DNA of 64,000 nucleotides from a bacterium. Lineage in GTDB: Bacteria; SAR324; NAC60-12. The notes beneath the pieces were generated by a model, which saw only the letters and a list, made by a program, of their open reading frames with translations, was not told the origin of the DNA and made no database searches. How positions within the stretch are numbered: position 1 is the stretch's first letter; each line of letters starts with the position of its first letter. The stretch is from assembly GCA_965233585.1 (NCBI GenBank), contig CBDDTI010000746.1:128001-192000 (forward strand). The letters are read 5' to 3'. Both the position numbers and the translations under genes were made by a program. Shown here piece by piece: positions 10,172 to 20,198 of this stretch.

Positions 10172-11113
10172 TTAGCTAATCTGCAAATTTTGCATCACTT
10201 TTATATTGTAAAATTTATTTTCATCTTTTAAGACTCCCTTATGATACAAATTAGCAATCTCATCAATTGCATCATCTACACAAAAGGAAGGTTGAAAACC
10301 TGTATTCAGGAGCTTATCAGAATTAAGCCTGTAAGAACGATGGTCTTGAGTATCTATCATTTCTATTTTGGCATCCACCTTTTGAATGATCTTTTCAGCA
10401 ATATTCAATATGGAAATGTTCTCAAAACCTGCATTATAGATGCCTTGTAGTTCTTGACCTTGCTTGATACAGTGCAAATAAACTTCTATCATGTCCTTGA
10501 TGTGTATGTTAGGTCTGATATTCTTCTCTCCAAAAACTTTAATCACGCCATTTTTCAAAGCGTGCATAGACAGCATATTGACTGCTGTATCTAACCGCAT
10601 TCTAGGAGAATACCCACAAACTGTTGCAGGTCTAATAATTTGGACAAGTATGTCTTTAGTATAGCTCAATAAAACTCGTTCACTAACCATTTTGGTTTTA
10701 TTGTAATCACTGATAGGGACTAAATCTAGGTCTTCAGTGACTTGCTCTTCTTCTTTGATGCCATAAACACTGCCACTACTTGCATAAATGAATTGCTTAA
10801 CATCATTTTTGATCGCTTTTTCTACTAAAAACTTTGTTGCTAAAACATTGGTTTCCCAAGAAAGTTTGGGATTTAAATCACTACATGGGTCATTTGCGAT
10901 ATTTGCCAGATGAATCAAAACATCAACATTCTGCATATTGATTGCTTGAACATCTCTAATATCACCCTTAATGACTTCTAAGTTTTGGTGTTCTTGTAAA
11001 AACTCTCCAAACCAAAATGTGTCTATGACACGCAGCTGGTGTGATTCTTTAAGTAACCTTTCTACCAAAGGAACTCCAACATATCCACCGCCACCTAATA
11101 TTAAGATATTCAT
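10172..11113 (-). CDS. NAD-dependent epimerase/dehydratase
   Basis: GGGGYVG, ASSGSVYG, YNKTK, RPATVCGYSPRMRLD. Confidence 0.92.
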   Translation of the reverse strand: MNILILGGGGYVGVPLVERLLKESHQLRVIDTFWFGEFLQEHQNLEVIKGDIRDVQAINMQNVDVLIHLANIANDPCSDLNPKLSWETNVLATKFLVEKAIKNDVKQFIYASSGSVYGIKEEEQVTEDLDLVPISDYNKTKMVSERVLLSYTKDILVQIIRPATVCGYSPRMRLDTAVNMLSMHALKNGVIKVFGEKNIRPNIHIKDMIEVYLHCIKQGQELQGIYNAGFENISILNIAEKIIQKVDAKIEMIDTQDHRSYRLNSDKLLNTGFQPSFCVDDAIDEIANLYHKGVLKDENKFYNIKVMQNLQIS

Positions 11114-11115
11114 GT

Positions 11116-12105
11116 TTATTCTTTATGTATATAGTTTAGATTTTGTTTCAAAAGTGTTTCCAAATTATTTTTGACCCAACAGATACAATCATCTAACCCT
11201 TGTTCAAGACTCGTATTGAAGTCTGTACAAAATTCATTGGTAAATTGGGAAGAATCTAGCAAGTACGCTTTATCTTTACCTTTTCGTTCTTCTCCAAAAT
11301 TGACATACTTGTCAAAAGAAATATTTAGTAAATCTGCAATCTTCACCACTAAATCTTTAATACTAATTTGCTCTTGGGTAGAAAGATGATAAAGACTTCC
11401 AATCTTGGATTGTTTCATAATGAGGTAAGTTGCTTGAGCCACATCCTGAATATGAATAAAACTTCTAATTGATGTTCCTCCACCATGCAATGTCAAATTT
11501 TGATTGGTTAAAAAGTACAAGATTGTTTTTGGAATGATGCGATAAAGTTGTTGACAAGCACCATAAACATTAGCCGCTCTTGTCCACACCACGGGGAAGC
11601 CGTAGGTATTCAGCAGCACTTTTAGGTGCATGTCTATACTTGCTTTAGAAACAGCATAAGGTGTGCTTGGTTGATAATGCGTATTTTCTTGCACTAGACC
11701 TTCCGTATTGCCATAGATTTCAGGAGTAGAAATTTGCACATACTTTTGAATAGAAGTCTCATCCTTTAAATGTTCTAAAAGTTCAACATGAGACAAAAAA
11801 TTGGCATGATACCAATGGCTTGGATTCTCAAAACTTTCAGCAACCATACACAGAGCAATAAAATTGACAATGTAGTCAGGCTTAAAAGTTTTGATAAAAT
11901 CTACAATTCCTTGTGTTTGATGGTTTAAGTTGTATTGATAAAAAGTGAAGTTTTTGTAATTAGAGTGGTTTTTGTAGGGAAGAAAGACTTCGTTAATTTC
12001 ATCAGATCTGCTGATGCCCACCACCTCATCACCTTGACTCAAACAATGGTTGATGAAGTGAGAACCTGAAAACGAATTACTGCCTAAAACGAGAACTTTA
12101 CTCAT
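11116..12105 (-). CDS. NDP-glucose 4,6-dehydratase-like epimerase
   Basis: Likely start MSKVLVLGSNSFSG (12105); ISTPEIYG, PSTPYAVSK, RAANVYG, RSFIHIQD. Confidence 0.88.
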   Translation of the reverse strand: MSKVLVLGSNSFSGSHFINHCLSQGDEVVGISRSDEINEVFLPYKNHSNYKNFTFYQYNLNHQTQGIVDFIKTFKPDYIVNFIALCMVAESFENPSHWYHANFLSHVELLEHLKDETSIQKYVQISTPEIYGNTEGLVQENTHYQPSTPYAVSKASIDMHLKVLLNTYGFPVVWTRAANVYGACQQLYRIIPKTILYFLTNQNLTLHGGGTSIRSFIHIQDVAQATYLIMKQSKIGSLYHLSTQEQISIKDLVVKIADLLNISFDKYVNFGEERKGKDKAYLLDSSQFTNEFCTDFNTSLEQGLDDCICWVKNNLETLLKQNLNYIHKE

Positions 12106-12376
12106 TTGACCACGTCTAAAAGCTAGAACAAAGCCCAACATTGTCCTGTAATGTAACCCAAATGTCAAAATGATTGTTCGTTCAAAATTTTGGTAGTGCT
12201 ACTTCTTGCTTTTTGGAACAATCAATGGTTTAATAGTGCGAATTTTGGTGTCTAATCGGAGTCAAAGAAAATTTGCACGTACGTTGTGTTTTTGATTTTT
12301 CGGGAAATTTTTTGAGATTTTTTACGAAAGAAGATTTAAACTGCCCCTAACTTGTCATGTTGTGAATGTTGATTGA

Positions 12377-13216
12377 ATGAAGACGGAATTGCTCAAAGCA
12401 GAAATTGACTCCGATTCTTTTCAGAGTTTTAAGAAGCAAAACCGCTTTCAAGTGTCTTTACCGGAGGTTGCTTTTACCAATCAGGGTGTGTTGTTGCTCA
12501 ACAGAGATGACACAACTTTAAAGCTACTAGCCTTATATGGAGGTCAAGATTGTTTTCTTCAGGTTGCTCAACAGCGTGAATGCTTTGGCTTGCGTTCAAA
12601 AAACTTTGAGCAGTCCTTTGCTCTACATTTGATTTTTGAAAAATCTATTTCCCTTGTCTCCTTGCTTGGAAAGTCCGGGACAGGAAAAACTTTGCTTGCA
12701 TTAGCTGCTGGATTGCATGGTGTCTTGATAGACCAAACTTATAGCAGTATCGTCATCGCAAGACCAACAGTTCCTGTGGGAAAAGACATTGGCTACTTGC
12801 CCGGTGATCTTGAAGAAAAATTAAGTCCTTGGATGTCTCCTATTTTTGATAACTTGGAAGTTTTGTTTGAAAGAACCAATGCACAAAAGCATGAGTTGGT
12901 AGAACAAGGAATCATTAGTTTCACTTCCATCACTCACTTACGAGGACGGAATTTGGCAAACAAATACGTCTTGATAGATGAAGCACAAAACCTTGACACC
13001 CACGAGATCAAGGCAATTCTGACACGTGCAGGTGAGGGAACAAAGGTGGTGTTGACTGGAGACCCTGAACAAGTTGACCATAAGCAGCTTAACCAATATT
13101 CAAACGGGTTAGTCCAAATGACTCAGGCTTTTCTACCGTACCAGATTTTTGGTACAATCTATTTGAACCATTGTGAGCGGTCTGCTTTAGCCGACCTTGC
13201 CTCACAGATTTTATAA
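12377..13216 (+). CDS. PhoH family ATPase (YlaK/PhoH2-like, without PIN domain)
   Basis: GKSGTGKT, IGYLPGDLEEKLSPW, LRGR, IDEAQN, LTRAGEGTKVVLTGDPEQVD. Confidence 0.9.
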   Translation: MKTELLKAEIDSDSFQSFKKQNRFQVSLPEVAFTNQGVLLLNRDDTTLKLLALYGGQDCFLQVAQQRECFGLRSKNFEQSFALHLIFEKSISLVSLLGKSGTGKTLLALAAGLHGVLIDQTYSSIVIARPTVPVGKDIGYLPGDLEEKLSPWMSPIFDNLEVLFERTNAQKHELVEQGIISFTSITHLRGRNLANKYVLIDEAQNLDTHEIKAILTRAGEGTKVVLTGDPEQVDHKQLNQYSNGLVQMTQAFLPYQIFGTIYLNHCERSALADLASQIL

Positions 13217-13226
13217 AAGAGAAAGT

Positions 13227-13988
13227 ATGTTAGAATCAACTGTCGATGTAGGAGACGAAGCCTCTATACAAAATGAAAATTCTTTTGTCATTAAAGGAGT
13301 CCAAAAACACATAGAGCTACAAATTACGCCAGGTGTTGATTTCATGAAGTTAAGGAATGACCTTGAAAGGTATTTTGAAGATGAGAACAACCAAAAACTG
13401 TATCAAGGACAAGTTTTAGTCCTGCAGCTTGGTGATTATGGAATGGAATGGCATCAATTTGAACACTTGAAGCATTATTTAAAAACTTGGTCTGATGTAG
13501 AGCTAGTCATTCATCCTGATTGGAGTAAAAATTTTTTTAAAGACTACTTTGAACAACCATCTTATCTTGATTTTGTAGAAAAAACTTTTGACTCCAGCAG
13601 TGAAGTTAGTCCCAACTTAGACATAGAAAATGCCGTGGTTATCAAAAATACCTTGCGTGCTGGAAGTTGTGTGAAGCATGATGAAACTGTGATTGTGCTT
13701 GGTGATATTCACAGTAGCGCCAGCGTTTATAGCCAAAAGAATGTAGTAGTGTTAGGTCGGATTAAAGGGAAGACTTGTGCAGGTATGAATGGAGACAGAA
13801 AGTCTTTTATTTTTGGACTCCAAATGTTAGACTCTCACCTTGTCATTGCAGGAACAGAAGAAGATTTAAAGGGAAACAGTCAGAAAAAACCTGCAATCGC
13901 ATACCTCAAACAAGAAAAAACAGAACAAAAGGAAGCAAAGATTCAAATTGATCCTTGTGAAACATTTCATTCATTTATTCCAAAATAG
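13227..13988 (+). CDS. minC: Septum site-determining protein MinC
   Basis: C-terminal TLRAGS...VIVLGDIHSSASV...NVVVLGRIKG..CAG; lies directly before minD. Confidence 0.85.
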   Translation: MLESTVDVGDEASIQNENSFVIKGVQKHIELQITPGVDFMKLRNDLERYFEDENNQKLYQGQVLVLQLGDYGMEWHQFEHLKHYLKTWSDVELVIHPDWSKNFFKDYFEQPSYLDFVEKTFDSSSEVSPNLDIENAVVIKNTLRAGSCVKHDETVIVLGDIHSSASVYSQKNVVVLGRIKGKTCAGMNGDRKSFIFGLQMLDSHLVIAGTEEDLKGNSQKKPAIAYLKQEKTEQKEAKIQIDPCETFHSFIPK

Positions 13989-13990
13989 CT

Positions 13991-14785
13991 ATGAGTCAAA
14001 TTTTTGTTGTGACTTCGGGAAAAGGAGGCGTTGGGAAGACAACAACGACTTGTAATCTAGCTGTTGCTGTTTGCAAGAATAAACCATCAGCTCAAGTCAT
14101 AGTAGTTGATGGAGACATTGGGTTACGCAACTTGGACGTCGTCATGGGATTGGAAAATCGCATTGTCCATGACATTATTGACCTCATCAATGAGAATTGT
14201 GAAATTGAACAGGCGTTAATTACACACAAGAAAGTGGCAAATCTCTCATTGATTGCTGCTTCTCAACATCACGAAAAAGAGGACATCTCATTGGAACAAA
14301 TGAAAAACCTGTGTAGCAAGCTCAAAAAACATGCTGATTATGTTTTTATTGACTGCCCTGCAGGCATTGAGCAAGGCTTTAAAAATTGTGTTGGTGCAGC
14401 CGATGAAGCGATTGTCATCTGTAATCCTGAAATGTCTGCTATTCGTGATGCTGACCGTGTCATTGGTTTGTTGAACTCTGAACAAATTTCTTCCAAACTG
14501 ATTGTCAATCGGTTGATTCCTGAATTGGTTAAAGATGAAAAAACTCTCTCTTACCAGGACATTCAAGACGGGTTAGCCATTCCTTTACTGGGGGTCATTC
14601 CTGAAGACCAAAATGTTTTACTTGCTTCCAATGAGGGTAAGTCGTTGTTTGATTTTAAAGATTCGCAAGCGGCATTGGCATATCAAAGAATTGCAAGACG
14701 ATTGAGTGGTGAAGAAGTCGTCGTCCCACGTTTTCGTTCGGATACTACCCTTTTTAGAAACCTAAAAAAATGGTTTAAAGGATGA
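13991..14785 (+). CDS. minD: Septum site-determining protein MinD
   Basis: SGKGGVGKTT, DGDIGLRNLD, DCPAGIEQGF, AIRDADRVIGLL, C-terminal amphipathic helix. Confidence 0.97.
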   Translation: MSQIFVVTSGKGGVGKTTTTCNLAVAVCKNKPSAQVIVVDGDIGLRNLDVVMGLENRIVHDIIDLINENCEIEQALITHKKVANLSLIAASQHHEKEDISLEQMKNLCSKLKKHADYVFIDCPAGIEQGFKNCVGAADEAIVICNPEMSAIRDADRVIGLLNSEQISSKLIVNRLIPELVKDEKTLSYQDIQDGLAIPLLGVIPEDQNVLLASNEGKSLFDFKDSQAALAYQRIARRLSGEEVVVPRFRSDTTLFRNLKKWFKG

Positions 14786-15036
14786 TTTTTGGGAAAAAAC
14801 AAAAAAAACCAAGTAGTGCAGAAATTGCGAAGAGCAGACTAAGTTTGGTCCTGGAGGAAGATAGAATCAATTTGCGACAAGAACAAAAAGAAGAAATGCA
14901 ACGAAGGCTTTACGATGTCGTTCAGGAGTTTCTGCCTAACATAGACCTACATATTGACATTACCTATGGTCAAGATAGTCCCGAAGTCAAAGTTGTAGCA
15001 AACCGATCCAAAAGAAAGTCTGGTCTAGCTACTTAA
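14782..15036 (+). CDS. minE: Cell division topological specificity factor MinE
   Basis: SAEIAKSRLSLVLEEDR motif; follows minD. Confidence 0.88.
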   Translation: MIFGKKQKKPSSAEIAKSRLSLVLEEDRINLRQEQKEEMQRRLYDVVQEFLPNIDLHIDITYGQDSPEVKVVANRSKRKSGLAT

Positions 15037-15102
15037 TTGAAAATCTGTTATACAACAATTATCATCACATAGTCCTATACTACTTTTTCGTTTTTCTGAA
15101 TT

Positions 15103-17100
15103 ATGCCAGATATAGGTTACCTTGTTCTTGTCCTTGCGCTCGTCTCTTGTGTTTACTCCATTTTAGCCACTCCATTAGCCATTTATTGGAATAACTGGAA
15201 CTTGGTGCAGTCTTCACAATATGCGGCTTTTGCAAACTTCTTTCTTTTGGCTGTTGCAGCAGCAACGATGGAATATAATCTCATCACAAGCAATTTTGAG
15301 GTTGCGTATGTTTGGAGGCATTCCAGCGCAGATATGCCACTTTTCTATAAAATCACAGCTTTGTGGGGTGGTTTGGAAGGGTCGTTGTTGTTTTGGGCAA
15401 CCTTGCAAAGCCTCTTTACAATGATTGTGGCGTATGTCTATCGCTATTCTCACCGTGAGGTCATTCCCTACGTGCTAGTGACTTTGCACTTCATTCTTGC
15501 CTTTTTCCTAACATTACTTGTCGGGTGGTCTAATCCTTTTGCAACTCAATTTCCCCAAGAATTGGGCAGAGGTCTCAACCCCTTGCTTCAAAATATTGCA
15601 ATGACCATGCACCCTCCTACTTTGTACTTAGGATACATTGGCTTTAGTGTCCCTTTTGCTTTTGCAATAGGTGGTCTGTTGAAGGGAAAGGTTGACAATG
15701 CGTGGGTGATGACGACAAGACGTTGGACGTTGTTTGCATGGTATTTTTTAAGTATGGGCTTGATGATTGGCGGAGAGTGGGCTTATGAAGAATTGGGCTG
15801 GGGAGGATACTGGGGCTGGGACCCTGTGGAAAACTCGGCTTTGATGCCATGGCTCACAGGAACAGCATTTTTGCATTCCATCATGGTTCAAGAAAAACGC
15901 AACATGCTGAAAATTTGGAATGTTGTCCTGATTATTGCCACATTCTCCCTAAGCATTCTCGGGACTTTCTTGACTCGTTCAGGTGTTGTCAATTCGGTGC
16001 ATTCCTTTTCTGAATCAGACATAGGTCCTGCCTTTGTCGGATTCTTGCTTTTTGTATTGATGACAGGACTTACCCTAATCTTTTGGAGAATTAGACAACT
16101 GGAGTCAAACTACCAAATTGAATCCATTTTTTGCAGAGAAAATATCTTTTTAGCACAAAATATTTTATTCATTGGGATTGCATTCACAGTGCTACTTGGC
16201 ACCATTTTTCCCATTCTTGCAGAAGCTGTAAGAGGCACAAAACTTTCTATTCAAGCCCCTTTTTTCACAGCAGTCACAGCCCCGATGGGTTACATTCTTT
16301 TTTTTCTCATTGGGATTGGAACACTGATCGCGTGGAGACGTGCAAGTTGGTCAAGCCTCAAAAGAAATTTTGCAATGCCTGCCATCGTTGGTTGTTTGGG
16401 AACAGCGGCGACGGCAATATTTATTCCTTTTCGTTTTTTTGAACCATTCCTGATTATTTGGATTGCCTTCTTCCTAACAACAACCATCGTCCGTGAGCTT
16501 ATTGTCGTTGTGAGGTCAAAAGCTAGACAACTTAAGTCAGATTGGCTCACGGCATTGGTGACAGTGGTGAGCAACAATTCAAGACGATATGGCGGTTTGA
16601 TTATTCATTTAGGAGTAGTAACTATGTTTTTGGGCTTTGCAGGACGTTTTTTTGATTTTGAAAAAGACATTGCTCTGCAAGTCAATCGTACCGAAGTGGT
16701 TGGGGACTATCAACTCAGGTTTAAGGGAATGGAGGAGTTTCCCGTCCGCAATGCTTTGCACCGTGCCGCTGTGATTGAAGTCTATCAAGAGGGTCAGTTG
16801 GTTGATGTAATGAAACCTGCCAAAAGCTTTTATCCTACGCAACCTGACCCGCTATCAGAGGTCGCAATACGCAGGTCTTTTTTCCATGACCTCTATCTAG
16901 TGCTTGCTAATGAATCGGAAGGTGGACAAGTTGCCGTGATTAGGGTTCACATCAATCCAATGGTGATGTGGGCGTGGATGACTTTGCCTTTGTTTACACT
17001 TGGATTTCTTGTTTCAATGGCATACTATCCAAAATCTCTGGTCTTTGATCGTCAAATAAGTTACATTCAACATCAGAAAACAATTAGAACAGGAGTCTAA
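15103..17100 (+). CDS. ccmF: Heme lyase CcmF
   Basis: WGGLEGSLLFW, GLNPLLQ, HPP, WAYEELGWGGYWGWDPVEN, SVHSF. Confidence 0.97.
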   Translation: MPDIGYLVLVLALVSCVYSILATPLAIYWNNWNLVQSSQYAAFANFFLLAVAAATMEYNLITSNFEVAYVWRHSSADMPLFYKITALWGGLEGSLLFWATLQSLFTMIVAYVYRYSHREVIPYVLVTLHFILAFFLTLLVGWSNPFATQFPQELGRGLNPLLQNIAMTMHPPTLYLGYIGFSVPFAFAIGGLLKGKVDNAWVMTTRRWTLFAWYFLSMGLMIGGEWAYEELGWGGYWGWDPVENSALMPWLTGTAFLHSIMVQEKRNMLKIWNVVLIIATFSLSILGTFLTRSGVVNSVHSFSESDIGPAFVGFLLFVLMTGLTLIFWRIRQLESNYQIESIFCRENIFLAQNILFIGIAFTVLLGTIFPILAEAVRGTKLSIQAPFFTAVTAPMGYILFFLIGIGTLIAWRRASWSSLKRNFAMPAIVGCLGTAATAIFIPFRFFEPFLIIWIAFFLTTTIVRELIVVVRSKARQLKSDWLTALVTVVSNNSRRYGGLIIHLGVVTMFLGFAGRFFDFEKDIALQVNRTEVVGDYQLRFKGMEEFPVRNALHRAAVIEVYQEGQLVDVMKPAKSFYPTQPDPLSEVAIRRSFFHDLYLVLANESEGGQVAVIRVHINPMVMWAWMTLPLFTLGFLVSMAYYPKSLVFDRQISYIQHQKTIRTGV

Positions 17101-17101
17101 C

Positions 17102-17641
17102 ATGTTTTTAAAGTCGTGGAAGTTTTGGAGCTTTGCATTTGTGATAGGGTCTTTTTCTGCATTGCTTGCCTTTGGACTGACAAAAGACCCTAAAAAAGTT
17201 CCCTCTCCTCTGCTAAATCAACCCGCACCAAGTTTTTCACTCAAAAGCCTATTTGATGATACAAAACAAAAATCTTTATCCAGCTTTCAGGGCAAGCCGC
17301 TGGTCATCAATTTTTGGGCGTCATGGTGTACAGAATGTCGCATTGAAGCAGGAACTCTCAAAGACTTTTACCAAAAATCAGAGTTGCAAGAAAAACGAGC
17401 AACATTGATTGGCATCGCAATTCAAGATACAGAAGACCGAGCAAAAGGTTTTGCCATCCAGTTTCAAAAAGAATACTTTCTGGCGTTGGACAATTCAGGA
17501 GATATTGCAATGGATTATGGTGTTTATGGCGTTCCCGAAACGTTTTTTATTGATGCTCAAGGCATTGTTCGTTACAAGCATATCGGGGTTGTCACTCCTG
17601 AACTCATGGAAGACACACTGAATTTGTTAGAAAGTTTCTGA
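17102..17641 (+). CDS. ccmG: Thiol:disulfide interchange protein CcmG/DsbE
   Basis: N-terminal TM, NFWASWCTEC, YGVYGVPETFFID; lies between ccmF and ccmH. Confidence 0.88.
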   Translation: MFLKSWKFWSFAFVIGSFSALLAFGLTKDPKKVPSPLLNQPAPSFSLKSLFDDTKQKSLSSFQGKPLVINFWASWCTECRIEAGTLKDFYQKSELQEKRATLIGIAIQDTEDRAKGFAIQFQKEYFLALDNSGDIAMDYGVYGVPETFFIDAQGIVRYKHIGVVTPELMEDTLNLLESF

Positions 17642-18108
17642 TGAGATTTGTCCTAATTTCCATCTTCTACCTGTTCTCTTTTGTTGCTTTTGCTCAGTCA
17701 TTAAACGAAGCTGCGCAAGAAAGTCGGATTCGTGATTTGTACACACAATTCCGTTGCCCAACCTGTCAAGGTCTTTCTGTCAAGGATTCTCAAGCAGGAT
17801 TTTCCCGAGAGATTCGTGAAAAAATTCAGCAGATGGTCAGGTCTGGTCAAACTGACGAACAGATTAAAGCATTCTTTGTCAAACGTTACGGTGACTGGAT
17901 TTTGCGGGCGCCTCCAAAAGAAGGATTTAATCTTGTGTTATGGATTGCCCCTTTTGCCTTGTTGCTGATTGCAGGTGTGTTCACTGCCAAAATGGTTTTA
18001 CGTTCCACAGAAAAACTCAAAGTCTCACAAAAAATGGACGATGAACCCCTCAGCGAACAGGAATTGCAGATTGTAGAAAGAGACCTTCAACGATTCAAAA
18101 AAAGTTGA
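17641..18108 (+). CDS. ccmH: Cytochrome c biogenesis protein CcmH
   Basis: FRCPTCQGLSVKDS, FFVKRYGDWILRAPP. Confidence 0.92.
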   Translation: MRFVLISIFYLFSFVAFAQSLNEAAQESRIRDLYTQFRCPTCQGLSVKDSQAGFSREIREKIQQMVRSGQTDEQIKAFFVKRYGDWILRAPPKEGFNLVLWIAPFALLLIAGVFTAKMVLRSTEKLKVSQKMDDEPLSEQELQIVERDLQRFKKS

Positions 18109-18869
18109 CTTTCTTCTCCATCATTACTCCCTCCTTTCAATCTGGGACGCTTCTCCCCAAAACTTGCGAAAGTTTGTACAGCCAAGATTTCACATCGTAT
18201 GAGCATCTCATCGTAGATGGAGGTTCAACTGATGGTACAGTGGAGTGGTTGCAACAAAACCTACCTGAACATTCTCGTTACCTTTCAGAACCAGACCAAG
18301 GCATCTATGATGCGATCAATAAGGGGATTCAGATGGCTAGTGGACAACTCGTTAATATTTTGAATGCAGGAGACTTGCTTGAACCCAATGCTTTAAGTTT
18401 CATGGCTCAAGAATATCAAAAAATTCCTTTTGAGATGGCTGTCGGAAAGTATTACTGGATTTATCCAAAGCAAGATATTTTAGTCACACCAAACCTTGTC
18501 AAACTGGCTCAAGGATACCCCATTTGCCATCAAGCTGTTTTTTATTCTCGCCAACTTCATGAAACATTAGGGTTATACGATTTAAGATACCCCAAAGCGG
18601 CAGATTATAAATTCATCAGACAACAAAAATGGATTCACGAGCTTGATTTTGCGGTTTGTCGTTATGACCTGTCAGGTGTCTCTGCCAAACATTTTCTGGA
18701 ATATGCAAAAGAAGTCTTAGAAATTGACAGAGAACTTGGAGTTCCCATTTGGAGACGTGAGATGACTTATTGGAACAAGTGGTGGCGTTTTCAAATCCGA
18801 AATCTTCTAAAAAGCCTTCGGATTGATTTTTTTCTTCTGATTTATAGAAAAATCATACATTCAAGCTAA
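18105..18869 (+). CDS. Glycosyltransferase family 2 (WfgS-like)
   Basis: SIITPS, VDGGSTDGT, EPDQGIYDAINKG, LNAGD, ICHQA. Confidence 0.9.
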   Translation: MTFFSIITPSFQSGTLLPKTCESLYSQDFTSYEHLIVDGGSTDGTVEWLQQNLPEHSRYLSEPDQGIYDAINKGIQMASGQLVNILNAGDLLEPNALSFMAQEYQKIPFEMAVGKYYWIYPKQDILVTPNLVKLAQGYPICHQAVFYSRQLHETLGLYDLRYPKAADYKFIRQQKWIHELDFAVCRYDLSGVSAKHFLEYAKEVLEIDRELGVPIWRREMTYWNKWWRFQIRNLLKSLRIDFFLLIYRKIIHSS

Positions 18870-18920
18870 AGTTTAGGGAGGGGAAGCCGATACGTTAGTT
18901 AAACCAATGTTTAACTTGTC

Positions 18921-19082
18921 ATGTCAAAGGCTCCCATGAAAAAGAAATCCAACAAAATCATCACCATCCCTAACTCTCGCAAAAAACGTTTTCACAGACT
19001 GACACCTGAAGAGGTGTTAATTCGCAAAGAAGAAAGTTGCAGAACTCGCCTGAGACGCAAAAGAAGACGTTCAAGAAAATAA
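18921..19082 (+). CDS. Small highly basic protein (48-53 aa), unknown function
   Basis: Manual translation MSKAPMKKKSNKIITIPNSRKKRFHRLTPEEVLIRKEESCRTRLRRKRRRSRK*; below ORF-track cutoff. Confidence 0.5.
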   Translation: MSKAPMKKKSNKIITIPNSRKKRFHRLTPEEVLIRKEESCRTRLRRKRRRSRK

Positions 19083-19090
19083 GAAATTTT

Positions 19091-19645
19091 CTACTTCCAC
19101 TTGATGTTGCAACCCAGACTAGGCTTTTGATGAGCTGGAATGTCTTTGCCTTCAAGGAGGCAATCCATTGCTTGTTTTAAGTCTTGACCTGTAACCGCAA
19201 CCCCGCTGTTTGGACGAGAATCATCAAATTGTCCACGATAGACGCATTCCAACTTCTGGTCAAATAGATAAAAGTCAGGAGTGCATGCTGCCTGATACGC
19301 CTTTGCAACTTCCTGTGTTTCATCAAAAAGATAAGGAAATTGAAAGCCAAATTGTTCTGCAAATTCTTTCATTTTTTCAGGAGAATCGTCAGGGTAATTT
19401 GCAACATCATTAGCACTGATTGCAGCAAAGGCAACCCCTTTTTTCATGTACTCGTGAGCCACTTGAACCAAAACTTCTCTAATTGCAATCACAAAAGGAC
19501 AGTGGTTACAGATGAACATCACGACGATAGGTCGCACCTGACTGATTTGCTCAAGTTTCATTTGTTGACCTGAAACAACGTCAGGCAGTGAAAAATCAGG
19601 AGCAACTGCCCCTAGTGGAATCATGTTTGAGGGTGTTCTAGCCAT
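19091..19645 (-). CDS. Thioredoxin-fold AhpC/TSA family protein
   Basis: FICNHCPFV, YPDDSPEKM, AACTPDFYLFD, PSLGCNIKWK. Confidence 0.93.
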   Translation of the reverse strand: MARTPSNMIPLGAVAPDFSLPDVVSGQQMKLEQISQVRPIVVMFICNHCPFVIAIREVLVQVAHEYMKKGVAFAAISANDVANYPDDSPEKMKEFAEQFGFQFPYLFDETQEVAKAYQAACTPDFYLFDQKLECVYRGQFDDSRPNSGVAVTGQDLKQAMDCLLEGKDIPAHQKPSLGCNIKWK

Positions 19646-20066
19646 ATTTAATTTTTCCTATTGGTCATTGTTAAAAAACGAAACACGGGGCCAATTTTAA
19701 AATGAAAATTAACACCTTGTCATCAAAAATTTACTGCATTTTAGCATGTTTGGCAATGCTGTTTTTGACCTTTTGAATCAATAATCCTGTCAGAGTCCTG
19801 TCTTTTTATTTTTCCTAAATTTTACATTTTTTAACAATTCTCAAAGTTTTAAGTCACTCATTAGCGCAATGATTGGTGGCTGTCACAGTCTTTGGTCTTC
19901 CATAGTTCATAATCTAATTATCTTGAGTATTTGGAGAAATAACGACTAAAAACCAGCTTTGACTCACTTGACAGCAGTATCTTTGTGACATCAATGATGA
20001 AGGTTTATTTAGATTTTTTGTGTTCTTCATGCAAAAGTTTCTGATTAAAAATACAGGATAAACATC

Positions 20067-20094
20067 TTGACATAAAAATAATTCAGTCTATAAT
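20067..20094 (+). promoter_or_regulatory. Sigma70 promoter for the ABC importer operon
   Basis: TTGACA (20067-20072), 16-nt spacer, TATAAT (20089-20094): both hexamers match consensus. Confidence 0.7.
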
Positions 20095-20198
20095 CTTTTG
20101 GCTAGTGCTATTTAATTTTCAGTTATCAAGCTAAATAAAAAAAGAAGATAGCACTTATTTTTTCTGTTGCTATTGCATGAAAAATATACGAGCTGAAA

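Noticed and set aside
19650..20198. Cobalamin riboswitch, Fur box or CIRCE upstream of the ABC importer
   Set aside because: No B12-box core; only partial CIRCE-like half-sites with wrong spacing; no convincing Fur consensus
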